From an uncultured Pseudobdellovibrionaceae bacterium (GTDB lineage Bacteria; Bdellovibrionota; FAC87; UBA2466): DNA of 64,000 nucleotides. The position numbers and the translations under genes were made by a program. Under the pieces are notes generated by a model. The model was not told the origin of the DNA. It saw only the letters and a list, made by a program, of their open reading frames with translations, and did not search any database. Below, one piece after another: positions 18,176-28,742 of the stretch. Position 1 is the first letter of the stretch, and each line of letters opens with the position of its first letter. Location of the stretch: positions 314,381 to 378,380 of the forward strand of contig CAZTRP010000001.1 of the NCBI GenBank assembly GCA_964616705.1, written 5' to 3'.

Positions 18176-19351
18176 TTGGTCCTTTATTCCCATCATGCTA
18201 TAAGCCCACCCGTGCGAAGACGGTTCATACTTCTGGGACTCGTGGGTCTCGTCTATTCTGTTTCTAGTTTAGCCCATCGTGACCTTTGGGGCGATTGTGA
18301 CCGGGAATACTACTGCTGGCACATTCTGGAGTCCGCATCCCGTGGAAAAATTGATTTGCTGCCTCGCCCTATAGCACCTGAACCGCAGCCAGACACTTTT
18401 TTAAAGAAAGTAGCGCGCTTTCTAGGAATCGATAGTGTGCTCCTTAAAGATCTTCGTTTTGACCTGAAATACCGAGATCAACCCTTGAAGGGGATTGAGG
18501 GTAGGTACGATCCGATTTTGCGTTCGTATCGTTACTATCCTTCTGCAATCCCAACCCGCCCTCGTTTCTCTCTTACGTTGAGCCATGGGATTGGAGCGAA
18601 AACAACAAGTCATTCTGGCACAACCGCAACTTGGCTCCGCACTTTTTTGGGCCTGGATAAAACAGGACGACGACTTCATTCGGAGCGAGAAGCAAAAGGA
18701 TCGCCAGCACTGAATTTGTATGCAGAAACATTCGATCTTCCCGAATCTGGAAATAGCACGGCATTTACGAATGCGCGGCGGTTCGGAGACTTCAGAACGC
18801 TCCAGGACACGCGATTTTTGTTAGCGCAGACCCAAAAACGCCTTCAACTCGAACTTCCCAAATCGAAGCGTGTTTGGCTCGCCCAGAGCGCTTCTTGTGG
18901 CCTCGTCGCCGATGTGAATGCCCACCACCCTGGCTTACTACACGGACAGATTTTCATAGGGTTTTTGCACCCCGAAGTTGGCTTTCAAAATAGTGTGGAT
19001 GCCTTTAATCGTGAAGCCTCACTTCCGACCCATCACCCTGATTATTTTGTCGCCAATTGGCCGGCGTTTAATTGGGTGAACAGGATGTATGGCCAAATGA
19101 CATGGCATCACGGCGAAGGCGACCCCTTCCATGGAACGCCGACGCTCGTATTGATCGGAGAGCACGACTCGGAGGTTTCCGTTGACGCTCGTCGCCATTA
19201 TCGGGACCTTTCTGCAAAATACCCGCACATTTATTACAAAGAAATTTCAGGCGCTGGGCATAACATACTTTCTCCGGTTGCTAGCACCCGGTATCAGCCT
19301 GACAACGCCATCAAAGCGATCTTCGAGTTTCTGGATGCTATAGACAATTAG
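18176..19351 (+). CDS. Secreted alpha/beta hydrolase-fold protein
   Basis: LTLSHGIG oxyanion region, WLAQSASC nucleophile elbow, TLVLIGEHDSEV (Asp), ISGAGHNI (His); N-terminal signal/TM helix. Confidence 0.65.
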   Translation: MVLYSHHAISPPVRRRFILLGLVGLVYSVSSLAHRDLWGDCDREYYCWHILESASRGKIDLLPRPIAPEPQPDTFLKKVARFLGIDSVLLKDLRFDLKYRDQPLKGIEGRYDPILRSYRYYPSAIPTRPRFSLTLSHGIGAKTTSHSGTTATWLRTFLGLDKTGRRLHSEREAKGSPALNLYAETFDLPESGNSTAFTNARRFGDFRTLQDTRFLLAQTQKRLQLELPKSKRVWLAQSASCGLVADVNAHHPGLLHGQIFIGFLHPEVGFQNSVDAFNREASLPTHHPDYFVANWPAFNWVNRMYGQMTWHHGEGDPFHGTPTLVLIGEHDSEVSVDARRHYRDLSAKYPHIYYKEISGAGHNILSPVASTRYQPDNAIKAIFEFLDAIDN

Positions 19352-19352
19352 G

Positions 19353-20858
19353 TTAATCAAGGTCAGGAATTTTGGAAACAGAGGTAATCCAGCGAAATTT
19401 TGAAATTTCCCATTGAAACCGATCTGCCAACCGAGCTTTCGTTGCCTTGTTTATCTCCTTCAACTCAACGGTTAGAAGTTGAAATTGCTGCGCCGTCAAT
19501 TCTCCTCGGTCCAGTTCGTGTTTAAGCCGGTCATATTCTTTAGTGAAACCCATTTCGAATTCCCCCATGATCGACTTCAACATCGGGACAAGCTCTGTTT
19601 TTGCGAATCGGCCAAGTCTTAAATTAAGTTGTTGTTTCGATTCCCGCGTTAACTCTTCAGTTAGTATTACATTCCCAAGACCTCTGTCGAAATCATTGAG
19701 CCTAGCGACGACGGGTTCTAAAATGCTGTCTTCACTGATTTTGACGCGCTTACGAAATTCAACGAAGCGATCGCTGGACTGAGTAGTTTTCACGCCATTG
19801 GCCACCCAGGGAGTTCCCGTTAAGGGACCTGGCGCAAAGTATGGCCACCCCTTAAACAAACTTAGTAAAACCACGGATGGTTTTTCCGTCATTCCCTCGA
19901 AGCTCTGTAGGCACTTGGGAGGCGGCGCCGCTCCGAGAGCGGCGGCAAGAATCTCCAATGGGGTTGTAAACACCGTGCCGTTAGCAATGGCCACATTGCC
20001 ACCCCCATTTGGCACTAACATCACACTGTGGAAAGAGTTACAAAAGTTATCACCCCTCATTCCAGCGCCAAAAGAACAGGATACAAATTCAACTTGTGCA
20101 TCTTTCGCAAAAATTCCTCTCGGATCGATTACGTTATTATCGACGGAAACCGCGCCCGTTTTGGCCAACTCATCGGACCAAATCCCAAAATGCTGCGTAT
20201 AGGCTGTTTCACCTGGCTGCCCATGCGCATAATATTCGAGTTTTGCTATCGGTCCGTGCTCTAACGAAAACTCTTTGAGCTGTTTCAAAAAGTCTCCAGA
20301 GTCAACAGGCCGAATAATGTGGGCATTTGGATATCGCTTGGAGCGTGATTCAACATAATTTGAAACAGAAAAAATGTCTGATGGTCCATAACCGTCTACC
20401 AATAAAACAGGCCCCGGGGGCGGTGGACCAAACGCCGCATCCGAAGCGCTATCAAGTTCGGCGATACTAATGTGAGTGCCTTGGCCGCCAAGCCAAAGGG
20501 CCCCGAAAAGGACAATATGAGGGATGTCTTTCACCAATCGCTCAACGATTGCACGAACGGGACGTTTGGAGTTTTTGTGAAAATATTGATGTCCGACCCG
20601 GGCGGCAATATCGATCGGACCCGCTACAGGATAAAACAGCGCCTTCCCGGCGTGATAGGCGGCTCGAACCGGCAATGCGACGCTATGATAAATTGCCTTC
20701 TTGGCTAACCGAGTGAAATTAGTGTGACAGGACTGTTCTCCAAATAAAGGCGTGCAAAGGAGCAGAAAAGCCCAAATCAGGCTAGAACATCGAACCACTT
20801 GTAGAATACGGTGCGCCAAGTATTGCTCCGGTCCCCATATTTGCAAATCAAGTACCAC
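19353..20858 (-). CDS. Hypothetical exported protein with a DUF4347/caspase-like His-Cys domain
   Basis: IAKLEYYAHGQPG ... VEFVSCSFGAG has clan CD-like HG/SC motifs. The true start may be about 20 codons into the ORF, at the signal peptide. Confidence 0.55.
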   Translation of the reverse strand: MVLDLQIWGPEQYLAHRILQVVRCSSLIWAFLLLCTPLFGEQSCHTNFTRLAKKAIYHSVALPVRAAYHAGKALFYPVAGPIDIAARVGHQYFHKNSKRPVRAIVERLVKDIPHIVLFGALWLGGQGTHISIAELDSASDAAFGPPPPGPVLLVDGYGPSDIFSVSNYVESRSKRYPNAHIIRPVDSGDFLKQLKEFSLEHGPIAKLEYYAHGQPGETAYTQHFGIWSDELAKTGAVSVDNNVIDPRGIFAKDAQVEFVSCSFGAGMRGDNFCNSFHSVMLVPNGGGNVAIANGTVFTTPLEILAAALGAAPPPKCLQSFEGMTEKPSVVLLSLFKGWPYFAPGPLTGTPWVANGVKTTQSSDRFVEFRKRVKISEDSILEPVVARLNDFDRGLGNVILTEELTRESKQQLNLRLGRFAKTELVPMLKSIMGEFEMGFTKEYDRLKHELDRGELTAQQFQLLTVELKEINKATKARLADRFQWEISKFRWITSVSKIPDLD

Positions 20859-20872
20859 TACTTCCCAGGACT

Positions 20873-20889
20873 TTTATACAATCTTTATC
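20873..20889 (+). promoter_or_regulatory. Candidate KdpE binding site
   Basis: TTTATA-caatc-TTTATC direct repeat with 11-bp period, like the E. coli kdpFABC site TTTATA-N5-TTTACA; about 67 bp upstream of kdpF. Confidence 0.5.
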
Positions 20890-20955
20890 ACTCCACCCCA
20901 CCTCTTTGCGCCGTTCTTACCTCCAATAACCGACAATCCAAGGTGGAGAACAGAA

Positions 20956-21039
20956 ATGGATTATATTTTTGTGGGAACTATCGCGATCGCCTTGCTCGGC
21001 TATCTGCTCTACGCACTACTCTACCCTGAAAATTTTTGA
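20956..21039 (+). CDS. kdpF: K+-transporting ATPase subunit F
   Basis: 27-aa MDYIFVGTIAIALLGYLLYALLYPENF with the KdpF YL..AL..PE.F signature, directly before kdpA. Confidence 0.85.
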   Translation: MDYIFVGTIAIALLGYLLYALLYPENF

Positions 21040-21046
21040 GGTACCC

Positions 21047-22732
21047 ATGAGCCAGAATGAAATGCTCGAAATCATCTCCCTGTTGGCGGCGCTTCTCTTA
21101 ATTTCCCCGTTTTTAGGCGAGTGGATAGCCAAGGTATTAGAAGCTGAAAACCACGTTTTGAGTTTTCTAAGGCCGATCGAAACCACACTTTACCGGTGCA
21201 TGGGGGTTACAGAAAATTCCCAAATGCACTGGAAGCAGTACCTGCTTTCAGTACTGGCATTTAGCTTCGCAGGGTTTGTTTTCCTTTTTGTCCTGCAGAT
21301 GGCTCAAGGGGCACTTCCGCTTAATCCCCAAATTCTACCTGGGCTCTCATGGCACCTCGCATTCAATACAGCAGCCAGCTTTGTTACCAACACCAACTGG
21401 CAGTCCTACGGCGGCGAATCGACAATGAGCTACCTAGTTCAAATGATGGGACTGACGGTGCAAAACTTTCTCAGCGCTGCTACCGGAACGGCCGTGCTAG
21501 TCGCTCTAGCTCGAGGGTTACGCAATAGCACATCACAAGAAATAGGAAATTTTTGGACCGACATCACGAGAGTCACTCTTTACGTCCTATTACCTCTCTC
21601 GGTTGTATTTGCGATCGTGCTTGTCGGCGAAGGCGTAGTACAAAGCCTATCGGCATACATTCCCGCAAAAACTCTAGAGGGCGCGATTCAGATCCTTCCT
21701 CAAGGACCAGCAGCCTCTCAAATTGCCATTAAACAACTTGGAACCAACGGCGGAGGGTTCTTCAACACCAACAGCGCTCACCCATTCGAAAACCCAACAC
21801 CGCTGTCCAACTGGTTGCAGACACTCGCGATTCTTCTCATCCCCGCCGCACTCCCCTTTTCCTTTGGACGGTGGATCAAAGCACGGAAACATGGGGCTTT
21901 GCTTTTCTTTACAATGGCATTCTTGCTGATCGCAGGACTTTCGGTGTCGCTTTGGTCGGAGACCTTATCGAATCCCGCCATCCTAGGCGCATCTATGGAG
22001 GGCAAAGAAACGCGATTCGGGGTTATCAATTCAATAGTCTGGTCGGTATTTACTACTGCTGCCTCGAATGGCTCGGTAAATGCCATGCATTCGTCGTTGA
22101 GTCCCATTTCTGGCGGCATTGCCCTGTTCAACATCATGCTGGGAGAAATCATCTTCGGCGGAATTGGCTCGGGCCTATATGGCATGGTGATATTTGCCAT
22201 CATCGCGGTGTTCATCGCGGGCCAAATGATCGGGCGAAGCCCAGAGTACCTAGGAAAGAAAATAGAGGCCAACGAAATCAAAATGGCGATGATAGCGATT
22301 CTTATTCCGAATCTTGCTATCCTGTTTGGCGCCGCTTTTTCGATGGTTCTGCCTATTGCCCTAAGCAGCCTATCTTCGCAAGGGCCCCATGGACTTTCCG
22401 AAATGCTTTACACTTTTACTTCAGCTGCCGGAAACAACGGCAGTGCGTTTGCCGGATTAAATGCCAACACACCGTACTTCAATGTGGTTCTAGGTATCGG
22501 CATGCTTCTTGGTAGGTTTGGGGTGATATTTCCGGTCCTCGCCATTGCGGGGAGTCTAAGCCGGAAGAAAATCTGCCCCCCTTCATCAGGGACGCTTCGT
22601 ACTGACTCAACCACGTTCGCGCTCTTACTCATTGGGATAATACTTATCGTCGGCGGCCTTTCCTTTTTCCCAGCATTGTCGCTTGGGCCAATTATGGAAC
22701 ATTTCTTATGGATGAAGGGGAAGGGGTTCTAA
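21047..22732 (+). CDS. kdpA: K+-transporting ATPase subunit A
   Basis: [54 protein letters not shown]. Confidence 0.97.
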   Translation: MSQNEMLEIISLLAALLLISPFLGEWIAKVLEAENHVLSFLRPIETTLYRCMGVTENSQMHWKQYLLSVLAFSFAGFVFLFVLQMAQGALPLNPQILPGLSWHLAFNTAASFVTNTNWQSYGGESTMSYLVQMMGLTVQNFLSAATGTAVLVALARGLRNSTSQEIGNFWTDITRVTLYVLLPLSVVFAIVLVGEGVVQSLSAYIPAKTLEGAIQILPQGPAASQIAIKQLGTNGGGFFNTNSAHPFENPTPLSNWLQTLAILLIPAALPFSFGRWIKARKHGALLFFTMAFLLIAGLSVSLWSETLSNPAILGASMEGKETRFGVINSIVWSVFTTAASNGSVNAMHSSLSPISGGIALFNIMLGEIIFGGIGSGLYGMVIFAIIAVFIAGQMIGRSPEYLGKKIEANEIKMAMIAILIPNLAILFGAAFSMVLPIALSSLSSQGPHGLSEMLYTFTSAAGNNGSAFAGLNANTPYFNVVLGIGMLLGRFGVIFPVLAIAGSLSRKKICPPSSGTLRTDSTTFALLLIGIILIVGGLSFFPALSLGPIMEHFLWMKGKGF

Positions 22733-22733
22733 A

Positions 22734-24809
22734 ATGAAAAATAGCTTTCTTAATACCGAGATTCTCAAGAATGCAGTCTTAGATGCGTTCCGGAAACTGG
22801 CGCCGGCTTCTCAATATAAAAACCCGGTAATGTTTGTCACACTCATCGGGGCGGTAGTTACAACGCTCCTGCTTTTGCTTGAAACCATCCAGGGGAAGTT
22901 TTCTGCTTTTGAACTTCAGATCTCGGTCTGGCTTTGGTTTACGGTGCTATTTTCAAATTTTTCAGAGAGTTTGGCAGAAGGAAGGGGAAAGGCCCAAGCA
23001 GAGACACTGAGAAAATCAAGAACGGAAACCATAGCCAAGCGTCTCCATGGGCAACAAGTAGAAACGGTGCCTGCGAACCGGTTAAAGAAGGGCGACCGTG
23101 TAGTGTGTGTTGCTGGTGATACCATACCCCTTGACGGTGAAGTAGTTGAGGGAATTGCAACAGTAGACGAATCAGCCATTACGGGTGAATCGGCGCCTGT
23201 AATACGAGAAAGCGGAGGAGATCGAAGCGCTGTCACCGGAGGCACAAAAGTTCTTAGCGATCGCATCGTAGTAGTAATTACCGCTGAACCCGGGCACTCG
23301 TTCGTCGACCGAATGATTTCGCTAGTTGAAGGGGCTAAACGGAAAAAAACGCCCAGCGAAACCGCTTTGAGTATCTTGCTCTCCGGATTAACTATTATTT
23401 TTCTTGCGGTAGTCATGACTTTGAAAGTATTTGCCGACTATTCAGCACTGTCTGCAAACCAGGATATTTCAAACGTTGTCACTATACCCGTATTGGTGGC
23501 TTTGCTCGTGTGCCTTATCCCCACAACCATCGGCGGACTGCTCAGCGCCATTGGCATCAGCGGAATGGATAGGTTAATCCGGAAAAACGTCATTGCTACA
23601 AGCGGCAGAGCAGTCGAAGCAGCCGGAGACATCGATGTACTCCTACTCGATAAAACAGGAACAATCACCCTGGGCAATCGTTTAGCCACCAACTTCGTTC
23701 CCGCTCCTGGGATTGCGGTCGACGAGCTGGCGCGGGTGGCCCAGTTAGCGTCCCTTAGCGATGAAACCCCCGAAGGGAGATCAGTAGTCGTTTTGGCAAA
23801 AGAGCGTTACCAACTTCGAGCATCGTCCTACCAGCCCACTCAACTTCAGTTCGTTCCCTTCTCTGCGGAAACCAGGATGAGCGGCGTGAACATTACCGAA
23901 AGCGGAAAAGTGATCAGCATTCGCAAAGGAGCTCGTGATGCTATCGAAAGACATATCGATTCCTTAGGTGGCACGTTTCCGGCTGCCATAAAGCAAGTTA
24001 CCGATGAAATCGCCAGAAGTGGCGGAACTCCTCTGGTTGTATCGAATGGAAATAGTGCAATGGGAGTGATCCATCTAAAGGACGTAGTAAAGGGAGGCAT
24101 TCGCGACCGATTCTCAGAGTTAAGAAAAATGGGAATCAAAACGGTGATGATAACCGGAGACAATCCGCTTACGGCAGCCGCCATCGCGGCCGAGGCTGGC
24201 GTTGACGATTTCATGGCCGAAGCAACACCTGAAACCAAGCTCCAGCGAATTCGCGATGAGCAAAACAGAGGGCACCTCGTCGCCATGACCGGAGATGGAA
24301 CCAACGATGCTCCCGCCTTGGCACAAGCCGACGTAGGCGTCGCCATGAACACCGGAACTCAGGCCGCTCGAGAAGCCGGCAACATGGTGGATTTGGACAG
24401 CAACCCCACTAAACTCATCGAAATTGTAGAAACGGGAAAACAGCTTTTGATGACTCGGGGTGCGCTTACTACTTTCAGTGTTTCCAATGATATTGCGAAG
24501 TACTTCGCCATAATCCCAGCCATGTTCGCGGGGCTCTATGGAAGTACTGTTCACTCCGGCCCTCTCGCTAACCTCAACCTAATGGGCCTGCACTCGCCTC
24601 AGAGCGCCGTTCTGAGTGCTGTAATATTCAATGCGCTTATCATCGCAGCGCTAATCCCACTGGCCATAAGGGGAGTCAAGTACGAGGCGCTCGGTGCCTC
24701 TGAGGTCCTGCGAAGAAATCTCGTTCGGTATGGTTTGGGAGGCATTATCGCGCCGTTTCTGGGGATTAAGGCGATTGATCTATTTATCGTTTTTGTGGGG
24801 CTTGTATGA
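22734..24809 (+). CDS. kdpB: K+-transporting P-type ATPase subunit B
   Basis: [12 protein letters not shown], phosphorylation motif [19 protein letters not shown]. Confidence 0.98.
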   Translation: MKNSFLNTEILKNAVLDAFRKLAPASQYKNPVMFVTLIGAVVTTLLLLLETIQGKFSAFELQISVWLWFTVLFSNFSESLAEGRGKAQAETLRKSRTETIAKRLHGQQVETVPANRLKKGDRVVCVAGDTIPLDGEVVEGIATVDESAITGESAPVIRESGGDRSAVTGGTKVLSDRIVVVITAEPGHSFVDRMISLVEGAKRKKTPSETALSILLSGLTIIFLAVVMTLKVFADYSALSANQDISNVVTIPVLVALLVCLIPTTIGGLLSAIGISGMDRLIRKNVIATSGRAVEAAGDIDVLLLDKTGTITLGNRLATNFVPAPGIAVDELARVAQLASLSDETPEGRSVVVLAKERYQLRASSYQPTQLQFVPFSAETRMSGVNITESGKVISIRKGARDAIERHIDSLGGTFPAAIKQVTDEIARSGGTPLVVSNGNSAMGVIHLKDVVKGGIRDRFSELRKMGIKTVMITGDNPLTAAAIAAEAGVDDFMAEATPETKLQRIRDEQNRGHLVAMTGDGTNDAPALAQADVGVAMNTGTQAAREAGNMVDLDSNPTKLIEIVETGKQLLMTRGALTTFSVSNDIAKYFAIIPAMFAGLYGSTVHSGPLANLNLMGLHSPQSAVLSAVIFNALIIAALIPLAIRGVKYEALGASEVLRRNLVRYGLGGIIAPFLGIKAIDLFIVFVGLV

Positions 24810-25363
24810 ACACCTTTAAAGCAACGTGGATGACCAGTGCTCGAGCAATACTTTGCTTTACTATAGTGACTGGAGTTCTCTACCCGCTACTCATCACACT
24901 CATCGCGAAGTTCTTTTTTCCAGCTAAGGCAACTGGTAGTTTGTTAGCCAATCAACCCCAAGTAATCGGCTCCGAACTTCTTGCGCAGTCCTTTACCCAA
25001 TCCCGCTACTTTTGGCCAAGGCCGTCGGCGAACAATTATGACTCGGCAGCCAGCGCCGCCTCCAATCTAGGCCCCACCTCAGCACAGCTAATCAAACGTA
25101 TTCAACTAGCAGAACAGCAGGGCTTGATTGCAGAAATGAGATACACGTCCGGAAGTGGCCTAGATCCACACATCAGCCCGTTGGCAGCCAAAGCTCAAAT
25201 CGCCCGTGTCGCAAAAGCTAGAAGCCTGAATGCGCAACAGGAAAATATGCTTTTGACACTGGTAGGAAACAATGTAGAGCCTCCTCAGATAGGATTTTTG
25301 GGTGAGCCACGAGTGAACGTCCTTAAATTGAATCTTCAGATGGATGAAACATTTGGAAAATGA
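24806..25363 (+). CDS. kdpC: K+-transporting ATPase subunit C
   Basis: [14 protein letters not shown]...[35 protein letters not shown]. Confidence 0.96.
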   Translation: MNTFKATWMTSARAILCFTIVTGVLYPLLITLIAKFFFPAKATGSLLANQPQVIGSELLAQSFTQSRYFWPRPSANNYDSAASAASNLGPTSAQLIKRIQLAEQQGLIAEMRYTSGSGLDPHISPLAAKAQIARVAKARSLNAQQENMLLTLVGNNVEPPQIGFLGEPRVNVLKLNLQMDETFGK

Positions 25364-28041
25364 CTGACGATAAACCCATTGATCCCGACCAACTGCTTCG
25401 CTCAATAGTAAACGAGCAGAAGCGAGAAAAACGTGGTCTGCTGCGAATTTTTTTCGGAATGTGCCCGGGGGTCGGAAAAACTTATGCAATGCTGCAGGCA
25501 GCCCAAGAACACAAACGAAACGGCAGTGAAGTCCTGGTAGGGATAGTCGAAACTCACTCTCGAAAAGAAACTTTGGCTGTTCTAGACGGACTGGAAGTCT
25601 TAAAGCGCAAGCGAATCGACTATCGCGGCAAGGATTTCGACGAGCTAGATGTCGAACTAATTCTAAAACGAAGACCAAAGCTGGTGCTTATTGACGAACT
25701 AGCTCACACCAACGTACCGGGGAGCAGACATAGTAAGCGTTACCATGACGTAAATGAAATTCTAGACGCAGGAATCGACGTATTCACCACCGTTAACGTC
25801 CAGCACGTAGAAAGTCGGGTCGACCTAGTAAAACAAATTACTGGGGTGACGGTTTCGGAAACGGTTCCGGATTCTTTTTTCGAAATGGCCGATCAAATTG
25901 AATTGATAGATCTCCCCCCGACGGAGCTCCTAAAGAGGCTAAAAGAGGGAAAGATCTACCTAGGAGATATGGCTCAGCGAGCCATTGATGGCTTTTTCCA
26001 GCAAGAGCACTTGCTTGCGCTTAGAGAACTCGCTCTGCGCTTCACCGCCGAATTGGTTGAGGGGGAACTCAACGATCAAATGCTCAGAAAGCATATTGTT
26101 GGGCCCTGGAACACTAGGGAAAAATTGCTGGTCGCTATTAGCCACAGCCCCTATTCCCGGCGCCTAATTCGCGCCACAAGGCGAAAGGCTTTCAATTTAG
26201 AAGCGAAATGGATTGCGCTCTATATCGACACAGGCGAGCCGCTTTCCGAGGAAGACCGAACGACTCTAGGCAAGCACTTCGACATGGCAAGAGAGCTTGG
26301 AGCGGAGCTGGTAACTGTCAGAGACACCGACGTTCCTTCTGCCATTCGCCGAATTGCTGAAGAAAAGAACGTAACCCAAATCGTAATGGGAAGGCCGGAC
26401 AGACGATTTTTCAGCGACCTGTTCTCGGGAGGTACAATTCTAGATAAGCTTGTCAGCGAAACGAGCGAAATAGACATCCATGTCCTTCGGCAGGTTCGCA
26501 AACCAAAGCGAAGCGCATTTGGTTTTAAGCTTAAACTTCCCGAACCTCTGCAAGACTTCACTTCGTACTCTAATACACTTCTGGCGATTGCAGTGGTTTC
26601 TACAATTGGGTATGGACTTGAACCAATCATAAAGTACCAAGCGGTTGGATTTATTCTTCTGCTTACAGTAATCGCAGTGGCGGGATTTGTTCGAAGAGGC
26701 CCTACACTGTTTGCCGCACTCGTCAGTGCTCTGACCTGGAACTATTTCTTTATTCCACCGAAGTTCACTTTCGCAATAAAAGAGGTGGCCGATGTCATGA
26801 TGATTGTCGCCTACTTTGCGGTGGCAATTACTGCCAGCTTCTTGACTTCGAAAATCCGCAGACAGGCAGATGAATTAAAAAAGCGTGCGCATCAAACTGC
26901 ACTTCTTTATGAGTTTAGCAGCGAACTGGCTAGTGCAAGTGGAATTGAGTCAATTGGCACCTTAACCACCCAGTTCGTAGAACGCACTCTCGGGGGAATG
27001 TGCCGGCTCACCATACAATCTGGCGACGGGACTCTAAAGGACTGCGGCTATCAAGAATCGGCGTTTAGACCTGACGAGAAGCAACTCGCGGTGGCACATT
27101 GGGTGGTACTAAACTGCAAGAAGGCAGGAATAGGCACTGAAACACTATCTGCAAGCGGCGTATTTTGCTTACCGGTAAAAGGAACAAAAAGTACGCTCGG
27201 TGTATTGCTATTTTACCCTAGCAACACAAAGCGAGTTTTGATGGAAGAAGAGTCAGTTTTACAATCTGCCGCTGCCAGCATAGCCATTTCTCTGGAGCGT
27301 GAACTTTTGCAGAGGCAAACTGAAACTTTAAGAATTGTAGAAGAATCCGAAAAACTCTACCAGACCATCCTAGATTCGGTTTCACACGAACTTAGAACCC
27401 CTATTACTTCAATCCTCGGAGCAGCCACGGCACTTGAGGATCCGATGACGGCGCGCAATGAAAACAATCGCAAACCACTGACCGAAGAGATAGTTCGCGC
27501 CAGCCGCCGACTGAATCACGTAGTGGAAAACCTTCTCGACACGTCTAGAATGAGCATGGGCAAGCTAGATTTAAAAAAAGAGTTGGTGGGGCTCTACGAA
27601 GCCGTTCAAGCCATTGTCAGCGATTGGAAGCAGCTTGAGCAGACTCCATTGAGGGTAACAGTGGAGGGAGAAGAAGTTTATGCTGCCGTCGACACAGGAT
27701 TATTGAGGAGTGCCGTGGAAAACCTGCTCCACAATGCACTAAAGTACTCGTCAGGAAATGAAATTCGAGTTTCTATTCGGCCCGCGGAAGGCGCTATGGC
27801 AAGCATTTCGGTGGCGGACGAAGGAGAAGGAATCCCTGAACATGAACTAACGAAATTGTTTGATAAGTTTTATCGAAGAGCCGGCACCCCTACGGGTGGA
27901 GTGGGACTCGGATTGTCTATAGCAAAGGGAATAGTAGAGGCCCATGGCGGCCAGATCTCCGCTCGACGACGTTCGGACAAGAAGGGAACGGTTTTTGTCA
28001 TAACCCTTCCTGCGTGGCAGGATAAGGTACCCAATATATAA
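25360..28041 (+). CDS. kdpD: Sensor histidine kinase KdpD (full length)
   Basis: KdpD domain (GMCPGVGKTYAML, DELAHTN), USP domain, 4 TM helices, GAF, HisKA (SHELRTP) and HATPase (NALKY, GGVGLGLSI). Confidence 0.96.
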   Translation: MTDDKPIDPDQLLRSIVNEQKREKRGLLRIFFGMCPGVGKTYAMLQAAQEHKRNGSEVLVGIVETHSRKETLAVLDGLEVLKRKRIDYRGKDFDELDVELILKRRPKLVLIDELAHTNVPGSRHSKRYHDVNEILDAGIDVFTTVNVQHVESRVDLVKQITGVTVSETVPDSFFEMADQIELIDLPPTELLKRLKEGKIYLGDMAQRAIDGFFQQEHLLALRELALRFTAELVEGELNDQMLRKHIVGPWNTREKLLVAISHSPYSRRLIRATRRKAFNLEAKWIALYIDTGEPLSEEDRTTLGKHFDMARELGAELVTVRDTDVPSAIRRIAEEKNVTQIVMGRPDRRFFSDLFSGGTILDKLVSETSEIDIHVLRQVRKPKRSAFGFKLKLPEPLQDFTSYSNTLLAIAVVSTIGYGLEPIIKYQAVGFILLLTVIAVAGFVRRGPTLFAALVSALTWNYFFIPPKFTFAIKEVADVMMIVAYFAVAITASFLTSKIRRQADELKKRAHQTALLYEFSSELASASGIESIGTLTTQFVERTLGGMCRLTIQSGDGTLKDCGYQESAFRPDEKQLAVAHWVVLNCKKAGIGTETLSASGVFCLPVKGTKSTLGVLLFYPSNTKRVLMEEESVLQSAAASIAISLERELLQRQTETLRIVEESEKLYQTILDSVSHELRTPITSILGAATALEDPMTARNENNRKPLTEEIVRASRRLNHVVENLLDTSRMSMGKLDLKKELVGLYEAVQAIVSDWKQLEQTPLRVTVEGEEVYAAVDTGLLRSAVENLLHNALKYSSGNEIRVSIRPAEGAMASISVADEGEGIPEHELTKLFDKFYRRAGTPTGGVGLGLSIAKGIVEAHGGQISARRRSDKKGTVFVITLPAWQDKVPNI

Positions 28042-28043
28042 GT

Positions 28044-28742
28044 ATGACTACTACCCGAAGCAAAATCTTGATCATCGACGATGAAGCTTCTATTCGCCGT
28101 TTTCTTAGGGTGAGCCTTGAATCACATGGCTTTGAAGTTTTTGAAAGTGCCGATGGCAAATCGGGAATTGCAGAGGTAATTGCTCGACGTCCTGATGTGG
28201 TTTTACTCGATCTTGGCTTGCCCGATATGGCGGGAATGGAAGTACTCAAGCAGCTTCGAGAATGGTCAAAGACGCCGATTCTTGTTTTGACCGTTAAGGA
28301 TCGTGAAGAACAAAAGGTTCAGGCACTAGACGTAGGAGCCGATGACTACGTCACCAAGCCCTTTAGTGTTCCCGAATTACTTGCCAGGATTCGCGTGGCT
28401 ATCAGGCATTCTAGCTCGCCAACCGCTGAGCCAGTTTTTCGGTCTGGACCTTTGGAGATAGACCGTGGAGCGCACATTGTGCGTGTAAATGGGAAAGAAG
28501 TGAAGCTAAGTGCAACGGAGTACGAGCTACTGAAAGTCCTTGCGGATTATGCCGGTAAAGTTGTCACCCACAGAATGCTACTCCAATTGGTTTGGGGTCC
28601 CAACGCTACAGAACACACGCAATATTTGCGCGTGTATGTGGGCCAGCTGAGAAAGCATTTGCGCACCAACGACGAGAGCCCCGACCTTATTCAAACGGAA
28701 CTTGGTGTGGGATATCGGCTACTACTTCTAGACCGCGATTAA
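28044..28742 (+). CDS. kdpE: Response regulator KdpE
   Basis: IIDDE, LLDLGLPD, GADDYVTKPF, wHTH with HTQYLRVYVGQLRK and TELGVGYR. Confidence 0.95.
   Translation: MTTTRSKILIIDDEASIRRFLRVSLESHGFEVFESADGKSGIAEVIARRPDVVLLDLGLPDMAGMEVLKQLREWSKTPILVLTVKDREEQKVQALDVGADDYVTKPFSVPELLARIRVAIRHSSSPTAEPVFRSGPLEIDRGAHIVRVNGKEVKLSATEYELLKVLADYAGKVVTHRMLLQLVWGPNATEHTQYLRVYVGQLRKHLRTNDESPDLIQTELGVGYRLLLLDRD

Noticed and set aside
20829-20845. CCGGTCCCCATATTTGC as a further degenerate tRNA-Ala att copy extending the island to kdp
   Set aside because: Needs gaps and several mismatches over a short length; not distinguishable from chance.
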